Shown piece after piece: positions 57,701 through 64,000 of a stretch of 64,000 nucleotides of DNA. The first letter of the stretch is position 1. Every line of letters begins with the position of its first letter. The position numbers and the translations under genes were made by a program. This DNA comes from an uncultured bacterium (lineage in GTDB: Bacteria; Armatimonadota; JACIXR01). A model generated the notes under the pieces. The model was not told the origin of the DNA and made no database searches. It saw only the letters and a program-made list of their open reading frames with translations. The stretch covers positions 120,416-184,415 of the forward strand of contig CALITO010000008.1 of NCBI GenBank assembly GCA_938041455.1, written 5' to 3'.

Positions 57701-59103
57701 TTCCTGCCTTTACTCCAAAAGATGATCGTTTGAAGCTTACCCTGGGGGAATTCTTCCAACCCAAGAGTCAGTTTTACCTCCTGCTTGATGTTATTAGGTA
57801 TTCTGGTGAAGTCTATATTATTTCCCTCCCCTTCAAATATATATCCTTTATCCCTCAGATCTACCAACCCTCGGTATTTTAGTTTCCCTCCTCCAAAATG
57901 GCTTTCCCCTTCTCTAATTTCTAACTTATCCTTGAAATAGCGAACGGTTACCTCGTTATTATCTATGGATAGCCCACGAAAATAAGCCTTTGTAACTGTT
58001 ATTCTTGCCTCCACAATTGGCTGAGCCAACTCGCCTGTTACCTTTAACTCCACCCGCAGGGGGAAATCCCCTCTCCCCTTGGGAAGTTTTCCTTCCTCTA
58101 AAGTTTTAAAAAGAGCAACTATAGAAGATGCCTTACCTTCCAGTATGCCCTCTACCTGAATCGCAGGGGGCTTATGAAGCGAAAATACACCCTCCCCTTC
58201 CTTAAAATATATCCCATTGTTGGTAGATACTTTTAATTTGCTCACCCTACAAACATCCTGGTTACCAAGGAAATTAAAGGAACAATTTAAAACCCCAAAA
58301 GGTAGCATTCTATGGGTTATTGAAGCATCTTGCAAATTTGCTTGTGCTTCCCAAAGCACTTTTCCTCCTCTTAATTGTAAAATAAGGCTTGTGCTGATGA
58401 TGCCCCGCGCTTGGGGGAGGGAAAATCTGAGGGATTTAAGGGCTAAGTTTAACCTTGTTATCCCCTGTCTGTTCTCTCCCCTTATGACAAGGGGAGAATC
58501 ATTTACTTCTCCCTGAATGAGAAAAGCGGTGGTTCCCTTGCCAAGTGTTATCCTTCCCCTCCCCTTCATCCTCCATTCTTGCTTACTGAAGAAGGAATCC
58601 CGAAACTTGCCATCAATAACCCTTATCTCTATAGGGAAGGAAGGAAGAACGCCTTTGGGAAGTTTAGTTGGTTTCGGATGAGGAAGCTCCCAACGCCCCC
58701 TTTCATTACAAAACAGGTGAAACCCCAACTTATCTATCTCTACTTTTTCTACGCTTTGGAGGAAGTTCTTCCCCATTAGTAGGGAAGGCAAGTTAAATTT
58801 TAAAGAGAGTTTATCCATAGTAACTAAGGGAGGGAGGGACGGACTAGTGCTTTGCACTTCTATATTATTAAGAGAGATCTCTTCTCTAAATGGGTTGAAC
58901 TGCACCTTGCCTATCTTAACATTTTGACCTAAGGCTTGAGTAGCAAGGTAAGATGCTACACCCTGTAGATTGCTGAATAAATAAAGAATATTCCTGTGGA
59001 AAAGGTAGCCAAAGCATACCAATAGAAAAAAGAAAACCACAAAGGGCAGAGCGATTATCCACGACCCTTTCCGAAGAGCACTTTCTTCATATAAAATGTT
59101 CAT
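54772..59103 (-). CDS. TamB/AsmA-like giant envelope-spanning protein
   Basis: 1443 aa with an N-terminal signal-anchor (WIIALPFVVFFFLLVCFGYLF) and long beta-rich repetitive G/E/L content. A C-terminal DUF490-like region ends in ...IWGIEGSTRF. The gene lies beside an Omp85 gene. Confidence 0.65.
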   Translation of the reverse strand: MNILYEESALRKGSWIIALPFVVFFFLLVCFGYLFHRNILYLFSNLQGVASYLATQALGQNVKIGKVQFNPFREEISLNNIEVQSTSPSLPPLVTMDKLSLKFNLPSLLMGKNFLQSVEKVEIDKLGFHLFCNERGRWELPHPKPTKLPKGVLPSFPIEIRVIDGKFRDSFFSKQEWRMKGRGRITLGKGTTAFLIQGEVNDSPLVIRGENRQGITRLNLALKSLRFSLPQARGIISTSLILQLRGGKVLWEAQANLQDASITHRMLPFGVLNCSFNFLGNQDVCRVSKLKVSTNNGIYFKEGEGVFSLHKPPAIQVEGILEGKASSIVALFKTLEEGKLPKGRGDFPLRVELKVTGELAQPIVEARITVTKAYFRGLSIDNNEVTVRYFKDKLEIREGESHFGGGKLKYRGLVDLRDKGYIFEGEGNNIDFTRIPNNIKQEVKLTLGLEEFPQGKLQTIIFWSKGRKGETPSFEAEALLSQFKYVKVLEENIYIALGYDNGILKIEKLGAEDDKGVFAFAGEVDIKERKIEGDLEGMDLDMGRIAQLFGVEGSKGFAYVRGKIKGTFSEPKFEGGIEVFDIGYGTHDVDHLFCQFEGERERLIVSQLNFTKGMGEGRAQGEISWTTGSIRLQGEVHNLLLSQVFYPDLVEAGVGEGNFVIEGSLQSPRLELQGEAREIIIKDNYVKEASVDLHWKEGRGVIEKGRVLLEEGELDFNGEISQSDVLISIEGKHLSLSQFPFREEGIEGYINLRGQVEGPLGSPLFRGELGGDVNYKGERGRLSAKIYADKRLVEARDISYLLKEGKLLASLSYSFEEGNIRGYLQGDNLPVALVERFSPLASEFEGNLSTNLTIGGNWEKPKLSGMFRCRELSNRYVKLSTLEGDYSLEDNKLYIRDLRGAKEDFVLDGQAELDLLKKDFSLSFEAENLPLSIFTSVLPQFQPEGKGKATVVSKGNFDSPLVSLSFNSPGIKLNGVELENLKLSAEWDSKNLALKEIVLSRGGKEVRGEAELPLETRGGLRKDKPIYIALSWEKQDIGWLKKFTPFLEKLEGEVSGDITVRGTYDDPLASGSIILEKGNMKPNGFEETLKNIKAKLVLQKNRATLEDASFQLGEGEGEMKGNIYMGKEGIKMETALSLRNATIKGHSISGYGERIQGSLNGFLNIAGSIRYPLLLGSLSLSNAKLDLSSYTPPGETKKITYSRRFNPAFLLTVSLGNNCWFISSGSRVLTEGRLSLIGSLSNPRLQGHFSSRSGLVLISSYVFRLKEGAVNVVYLGNVLNLDVFARAETRLQGYKITAYISGPYDNLQLRFASSPPLPQNAILAMFVPEEFAANPEQFLKKELASAFALGLGERVLAPLEFALSEITGLEEISLEYGLEGYPILRLKQSISPKTYIVYSRWLTTPQERYTISLEKNIGGDIYLTFTTDELKRKIWGIEGSTRF

Positions 59104-59113
59104 CTTTTTATTA

Positions 59114-59141
59114 ATTGTGATTTAACGAATGCAAATGTCAA
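59114..59141 (-). promoter_or_regulatory. putative promoter TTGACA-16-CACAAT, 10 nt upstream of the tamB-like ATG (leaderless-type)
   Basis: The minus strand reads TTGACA (59141-59136), a 16-nt spacer, CACAAT (59119-59114), then TAATAAAAAG and the ATG at 59103. No Shine-Dalgarno is present. Confidence 0.35.
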
Positions 59142-59152
59142 GAGTGGTGGAA

Positions 59153-59181
59153 TTCTAAAACACTTTTAAATATGCTATACT
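59153..59181 (+). promoter_or_regulatory. putative extended -10 promoter (TGcTATACT) for the 59214 gene
   Basis: TGC at 59173-59175, TATACT at 59176-59181 and a weak -35 TTCTAA at 59153-59158. The Shine-Dalgarno GGGAGGTG precedes the ATG at 59214. Confidence 0.35.
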
Positions 59182-59213
59182 TTGTTAAGGTTTAACCCAA
59201 GGGAGGTGAAATA

Positions 59214-59705
59214 ATGAGGTTGCGCTTCTTATTAACAATCTTGGTTGTTCTCCTTATAGCAGCGGGGGTGGTTTGGTGGCGTTGGGGAAAGTTCGTAACT
59301 ATAGAAGCACGAAGGCAGAAAGCAATGGAATTAATGGTTAAGGGACAGATCCCCCCTGAGCAGATGCCCCAACCCATAGGGAACCCCGAGGCTAAGGTAG
59401 TAATGGAGGTGGTTGCTCCTCCCTTCGCTTGCCACAATTTCCAGCTGGTCCAGATGGCTCAAGAAATAGCGGAAAAATTCAAAGACAAAGTGTATATAAA
59501 ATTCACCGCTTCACCTCCCCCCGGTGCTGCTACTTGTATGGGCGTCGTGATAAACGGGAAGCAAAAGTTCCAAATAGGAGAGCGCTCCATTGAGTTTCAC
59601 GGTCCCCTGATTCCGAGTTCCGTGAAGGCTGAATATGGCTATACAAGGGAGGATATAGAATCTGCCCTCCAGTTAGAGATAGAGGAAGCTTATGGAAAGC
59701 AATAG
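59214..59705 (+). CDS. membrane-anchored hypothetical protein
   Basis: 163 aa with a strong Shine-Dalgarno, an N-terminal TM (FLLTILVVLLIAAGVVWW) and a soluble alpha/beta domain. There is no CxxC and I do not recognise a family. Confidence 0.5.
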   Translation: MRLRFLLTILVVLLIAAGVVWWRWGKFVTIEARRQKAMELMVKGQIPPEQMPQPIGNPEAKVVMEVVAPPFACHNFQLVQMAQEIAEKFKDKVYIKFTASPPPGAATCMGVVINGKQKFQIGERSIEFHGPLIPSSVKAEYGYTREDIESALQLEIEEAYGKQ

Positions 59706-59748
59706 AAAAATTTGGGGTGCTCTACTGAAAGGAGCCAAAGCGGAGACC

Positions 59749-59775
59749 CTCTACCCCCTTTCGGGGGGTGGAGAG
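59749..59775. terminator. GC-rich hairpin between convergent genes (possible bidirectional terminator)
   Basis: CTCTACCCCC-TTTC-GGGGGGTGGAGAG forms about 10 bp with one bulge and one G-U pair. No clear U-tract follows on either strand. Confidence 0.4.
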
Positions 59776-59834
59776 TAGGTCAAATTAGGGAAGGACGACT
59801 CCCCAAAAACTCGACTATATATTAGCCACTCATA

Positions 59835-60884
59835 TCAAAAGAGACAGAAGTTGAGGGCTACCTTCTCCTTTATAGTTTTTCCTACTGCAAGATCCAGACG
59901 GAAGTAGCTTTTCCCCAACCCTATCCCCCAAATGGGGCTTCCATCCAAAATCCCAAATCTCAGAGCCAAAATGCCCCATCTCAACTCTCCACCCAGGTCC
60001 AACCTCGCATCTGTGAAAGCATTTGTAAGTTGGATGGCGAAAATCCCCGTAGGAGTGATTTTAGCATAACCTACATTCATATCCGTATCCAACTTGAGCT
60101 CATTGGTTCCAGAGAAAAGTTTTGGGGCGTTTAAGTTTCTCAGCATAAGACCATACCTGTTTCCCTTTTCCCCAAGCCATAGTATCCCGAAGTCCAAGCC
60201 AAAAGCGGAATCGCTTATCCTATCATGTTTCGTGGTGGAGGTCACCTCTCCAGTGGTTTTATCATAGGTTATAGTGCCATCGTAAGGGGCGAATTCTCCC
60301 TCAATGGAACGCAGATTCACGCCCCATAGTCTATTCCCTTTGCCGCCAGCAAAGGAGAAGGAAAGATTTGATAGATAGTATGCTCCAACATCGGTTTCTA
60401 TTTGCTCTTGGGCAGGGGAAATCTCTTGGGGTTTATGAACCACACCGCTACCCATGGCTACTCCATATAGCGAGACAGCGAAACGGTTGCCCGAGAGGGC
60501 GAAGAAGGGAGTCACTTCTCCCAATACTCTTCTCTCTGCCACCTTGTTAGCTATCTCCTTGGCCTTGTTCCAGTCTTCTACTGAGGGGTTGTCTTTATCA
60601 AGTATATCTATAAGGTCTTCCCAATCCTCCACAGTGTCTATGTTTTCTACCCTAGCTGATATACTGAAGGGCATATGGAAGCCCTTCACAAGCGCCAACC
60701 CCGCTGGATTCCAGTATGGGGCGAAGGGAGTATCGCATAACGCAACACCTGCTCCTCCTACAGCAACGATTCCTGCGTCTGTTCCCATTACTCCCTCCCC
60801 TATTTGAGAAGGGGTGGTCCCACTTACTCCCATAATATACATCCCCAAACTCAATAATAAAACTACAAGCAACCTGCTCCTCAC
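59835..60884 (-). CDS. putative outer-membrane beta-barrel protein
   Basis: Signal peptide (LLVVLLLSLGMYIMG) and alternating beta-strand patterns rich in G, Y and aromatic residues. C-terminal ...VALNFCLF ends in Phe. GTG start with an AAAGGAGAG Shine-Dalgarno. Confidence 0.5.
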   Translation of the reverse strand: MRSRLLVVLLLSLGMYIMGVSGTTPSQIGEGVMGTDAGIVAVGGAGVALCDTPFAPYWNPAGLALVKGFHMPFSISARVENIDTVEDWEDLIDILDKDNPSVEDWNKAKEIANKVAERRVLGEVTPFFALSGNRFAVSLYGVAMGSGVVHKPQEISPAQEQIETDVGAYYLSNLSFSFAGGKGNRLWGVNLRSIEGEFAPYDGTITYDKTTGEVTSTTKHDRISDSAFGLDFGILWLGEKGNRYGLMLRNLNAPKLFSGTNELKLDTDMNVGYAKITPTGIFAIQLTNAFTDARLDLGGELRWGILALRFGILDGSPIWGIGLGKSYFRLDLAVGKTIKEKVALNFCLF

Positions 60885-61058
60885 GGTTCTCTCTCCTTTC
60901 GTCTTTGTTTTTTGTGCTCTAAATAAACATTTTCATTTAAAATTAGCATTTGTCTTACCTCGTGTAAAGTCAAACTTTATAAAGGAAGAGTGTGTGCTCT
61001 CGCGATTTCACTTTTAGGTTTCGCATATCTCCTATGTTTAAGGATAGCACCATCATCT

Positions 61059-61086
61059 TTGACATATTAATAGCAAGATATATAAT
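61059..61086 (+). promoter_or_regulatory. consensus sigma-70 promoter TTGACA-16-TATAAT for the NurA-HerA operon
   Basis: TTGACA at 61059-61064 and TATAAT at 61081-61086. GGAGGAGG at 61101-61108 precedes the TTG start at 61114. Confidence 0.6.
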
Positions 61087-61113
61087 CTTTAAATTAAAGA
61101 GGAGGAGGAACTT

Positions 61114-62238
61114 TTGCCCTGTTTTCCCAGGAAATTCGCTGATAACATACAAGCTAAGAAGGAGAAATTCTATAATCTTTTTACCAGGGAGCCCCGCACA
61201 GAAGAGGAATCCTTCCTTAAAAAGGAGGTTAGCTCTCATTGGCACCCCCTACCTGAGCTTTCTCCGTCCGATTCCCCCGTTTATGCTGTGGATGGTTCTA
61301 ACGCCTGCCTCGCAGTCCAGGGAGGAAGATATATCTCCATTGTGCAGGCAATCCTACAAGGGAAGGATTGGCACGAGGTAGAGGTAGATGTGGAAGTATT
61401 TAAGGATACGCTTAAAGTTGATGTGGAAAGATTTCACCAAGTGCACCGCCAATTCATTGAATGGAAGATAGCAAGGGAAAACGTAGAGAGAGTGGCAAAC
61501 TCGGTTCTTTTCCTCGATGGTAGCCTCTACATTTCCCCTGTAATATACAGCTGGGCTCAGGTAGCTCAACGAATGCCCGAGGGCTTAGAAGATATACCCC
61601 TCATCGCATTAGAAGAATTTCTTTCCTTGGTGAGCGCCTCAATCCACTTCAACATCCAGCTCGTAGGGATATCAAAGACTAGCAAAAGCCATTTTTATCC
61701 CAGGAAACTTCTGGGAAAGGAAACCGAGATAACAGATAGCGAAATATTCACCTTCTGGGCGGAGGGGAAGGGGTTCTCCACTCCCCTCCTCGTGGGGCCC
61801 TACTTCATTCCTCAACCTTGGGAGCGAGTCAAGAGGGAGTTTATTAGAGCTTTCTCATCGGAAAGAAGAGAAAAAGTGGACGCCATTTTAGAGGAACTTC
61901 TACCTAATCTCGCCGTCGTGCTTTTCTATGTAAGGTTTGAGGAAGGGGACGAAGTATATAGGGTGGATGTGCTTTCTTCCTCCTTGGACCTGGTAATCAA
62001 GGAGCAGGAATTAGAAACCATTACCTTTTGTGAGGAAGAGAAGGTCTATCCTCTATTAGCGGTTCTTCTATCATCACACGGGGGATTCACTGTGTATCAT
62101 AATCTACTTTATGTAGCTCATAACGAGGTAATGCTACGAGCGAAGGATGAGGATATCTACCTAAGCCTCCTCAGGCAATTGACGAATCTGCCCATAAGAA
62201 GGAGTAAAGCGGACATAAGATTCGGAAGGAGGTTTTGA
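61114..62238 (+). CDS. nurA: NurA-domain nuclease
   Basis: The VYAVDGSN and VLFLDGSLY Asp-Gly-Ser motifs plus LVGISKTSKS match the NurA (RNase-H-like) catalytic pattern. It is paired with a HerA-like ATPase 7 nt downstream. Confidence 0.65.
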   Translation: MPCFPRKFADNIQAKKEKFYNLFTREPRTEEESFLKKEVSSHWHPLPELSPSDSPVYAVDGSNACLAVQGGRYISIVQAILQGKDWHEVEVDVEVFKDTLKVDVERFHQVHRQFIEWKIARENVERVANSVLFLDGSLYISPVIYSWAQVAQRMPEGLEDIPLIALEEFLSLVSASIHFNIQLVGISKTSKSHFYPRKLLGKETEITDSEIFTFWAEGKGFSTPLLVGPYFIPQPWERVKREFIRAFSSERREKVDAILEELLPNLAVVLFYVRFEEGDEVYRVDVLSSSLDLVIKEQELETITFCEEEKVYPLLAVLLSSHGGFTVYHNLLYVAHNEVMLRAKDEDIYLSLLRQLTNLPIRRSKADIRFGRRF

Positions 62239-62245
62239 TAAATAA

Positions 62246-63976
62246 ATGGAAGTTGTGAAAAGTCATCAGCCGGTGGGTTACATAGTGGGAAATGTGGAGA
62301 CTCAGAGGTTCCGATTTGTCACCGAGCCCAGCATTTGTCCTCCTCGTCTTGAATATCTCGTGGTTAGAGATATACCAACAACTGAGGGAGGTGGGAGGCG
62401 TATAGATATCCTCGCCCAAGTGAGTGAGCTTAGGGTAGCCACCCAAATATTAGGAGAAGAACTCACTTTTGAGGAAGCAAAGTCCATTTTAGAAGGTCTG
62501 TCGCCAAGTCCCAAGATAATCGGAACCGCTGATGTTCTCGGCTATCTCGCACCGGGAGGAACAGTTAGGTTGCCCCGTCATACCCCTCTTCCCGGTCAGC
62601 CCGTTTACCTCGCCTCCGACGAGTTCCTCCGCACCTTCTTCTCCGAGGACATAGAATTTGGCATCAGCATAGGATATCTCATAAATAGGGAGGGAGTGGA
62701 AGTTAAGCTCAATCCAAATGGATTGAGAAGACACCTCGCGATTATAGCCCAAACTGGGGCAGGGAAATCTTATCTTGCAGGATTGTTGCTGGAACAGCTT
62801 CTGAAGTTAGGAGCAACGATTTTGGTTTTCGATCCGAATTCCGACTATGTGATGATGCGCCTCACACCTGATGGACGGGAAACAAGTTTTGCCAAATGGG
62901 TTAATGTATATCGCATGCCTTTAAAGGGTGAAAGGCGCTATAGCGATGAGAAAATAGGGGGAAGCAAAAGGTATACCATAAGATTTTGGACGCTGGACGA
63001 AGAAGATATATTTGATATAGCCCAAATTCAAGAGGGTTGGACAAGGATTAGAGAGGGGATGAGCAATCTGTTAAACCACATTAGGAAGCGAAGCCCCTAC
63101 TTTACTCCCCAAACGCTTAGGGAAACATTGGAAAATATACTGGAGGCAGCGGATGCTGATTCTGGGCTATCCGATTTAGGAGAGGGAATAGGCGAGGAAG
63201 TCCTTGAAGGCTTAACACAGGAAATGTGGAGAAGAAGCGAGGAAAAGAAGGGGAAAAAAACCGCCTTGTCTGAGGAGGAGATAAGAAGGATTAAGCCTTA
63301 TGTTGAAAGGCTTAGTTCCTTGGATATCTGGGGGGATGAAGATCTTCCCGTAGAGGACATTATCGCTCCTCAAACACTCTCTATAGTCGACCTCGCTGGC
63401 CTCCAACAAAGGGCTATGGAGATAGTCGTTGATAGAACTTTAAGGGGAATATGGGAGAAGGCAGTAACAGGAGAGCTTCCCCGTCCTCTTTTCATTTTCC
63501 TTGAGGAGGCGCACAACTTCGTTCCTGGCGGCAGGGACAAACGGAGTCGCTGTGCGGATATAATCAATCGCATAGCTTCGGAAGGGCGAAAGTTTAAAGT
63601 ATTTCTTGTGGTAATCACCCAGCGTCCCTATAAGATAAATCAGGATACCTTGTCCCAATGTGGTAGCCAGATAATAATGAAATTGACAAACCCTGAGGAC
63701 CAAAAGGCGGTGAGGACCGCTTCCGAGAACATATCAGAATCTCTCCTCGCTGACTTGCCAGCTTTAAATACAGGTGAAGCAGTAGTCTTAGGAGAACTAA
63801 CGAGGGTGCCTGTGATGGTAAGAGTAGGAAGGAGAGAATCAGCGGAGGGTGGTGCGGATGTGGATATAATTAAGGAGCTGGAGTTAGCAGCCCAAGAGAA
63901 AAAGATGAACGAGATAGGGATTAAAAAAGTGGGGTTCTCAGAACCACAACTCGGTGAAGTGGATTGGGGAGTTTGA
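62246..63976 (+). CDS. herA: HerA-like FtsK/HerA-superfamily hexameric ATPase (DUF87-type)
   Basis: N-terminal HAS-barrel-like region (VGYIVGNVETQRFRFV), Walker A AIIAQTGAGKSY, Walker B LFIFLEEAHNFVP and VVITQRP. Confidence 0.8.
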   Translation: MEVVKSHQPVGYIVGNVETQRFRFVTEPSICPPRLEYLVVRDIPTTEGGGRRIDILAQVSELRVATQILGEELTFEEAKSILEGLSPSPKIIGTADVLGYLAPGGTVRLPRHTPLPGQPVYLASDEFLRTFFSEDIEFGISIGYLINREGVEVKLNPNGLRRHLAIIAQTGAGKSYLAGLLLEQLLKLGATILVFDPNSDYVMMRLTPDGRETSFAKWVNVYRMPLKGERRYSDEKIGGSKRYTIRFWTLDEEDIFDIAQIQEGWTRIREGMSNLLNHIRKRSPYFTPQTLRETLENILEAADADSGLSDLGEGIGEEVLEGLTQEMWRRSEEKKGKKTALSEEEIRRIKPYVERLSSLDIWGDEDLPVEDIIAPQTLSIVDLAGLQQRAMEIVVDRTLRGIWEKAVTGELPRPLFIFLEEAHNFVPGGRDKRSRCADIINRIASEGRKFKVFLVVITQRPYKINQDTLSQCGSQIIMKLTNPEDQKAVRTASENISESLLADLPALNTGEAVVLGELTRVPVMVRVGRRESAEGGADVDIIKELELAAQEKKMNEIGIKKVGFSEPQLGEVDWGV

Positions 63977-64000
63977 AGATGGTTAAGATGGTTATTTGTG

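Noticed and set aside
62246-63976. The HerA-like ATPase as a conjugative VirB4/TraG/FtsK-type DNA translocase marking a mobile element.
   Set aside because: No relaxase, coupling protein, pilus or integrase genes are adjacent. The N-terminal barrel plus the upstream NurA-type partner fit the HerA-NurA pairing better.

Overview
This is a compact bacterial chromosomal segment with about 58 protein genes and one tRNA. Nearly all of it is coding, and many genes overlap by ATGA or GTGA. I saw no rRNA, CRISPR array, transposase or integrase.

Most of the content is housekeeping:
- a sugar-catabolic trio (Gfo/Idh/MocA oxidoreductase, amidohydrolase, FGGY kinase) followed by gap-pgk-tpiA
- glnA-serS-era on the minus strand
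- a roughly 10-kb co-directional array: oxidoreductase, ACT, rpiB, glyA, dCMP deaminase, wecA-like, wecB, AI-2E permease, long RmlA, RmlC-like cupin, LarA-like, zinc-ribbon/TPR
- a MacB/Lol-like ABC pair fused to exbB-exbD-tonB
- an Hcy-methyltransferase / NDP-sugar pyrophosphorylase / DUF72 / B12-radical-SAM operon
- rodA with two large GT-C-like membrane proteins
- tyrS-purM
- a dnaG-rpoD-tRNA(CAT) operon headed by a Met/Gly/Pro-repeat secreted protein
- polA
- a tamB / ECF sigma / Omp85 operon

Omp85, TamB and TonB indicate a diderm. The H-X9-DG pseudopilin and PocR-AraC regulator are typical of Armatimonadota or PVC-like lineages. The K/E/I-rich proteins hint at a thermophile, but that is inference only.

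The best candidates for something new are:
1. A PocR/AraC-headed operon (33529-40040) that encodes an H-X9-DG pseudopilin, a perfect 18-bp intercistronic hairpin, an orphan polytopic membrane protein and an 802-aa secreted multidomain protein.
2. A NurA-HerA operon with a consensus promoter, running off the 3' edge (61059-64000).
3. A Met/Gly/Pro tandem-repeat secreted protein tightly coupled to dnaG.
4. A LarA-type (nickel-pincer) enzyme overlapping sugar-nucleotide genes.
5. An ECF sigma factor with no anti-sigma, sandwiched between tamB and a 3-POTRA Omp85 gene.

All family calls come from motif recognition by eye. No database search was run.
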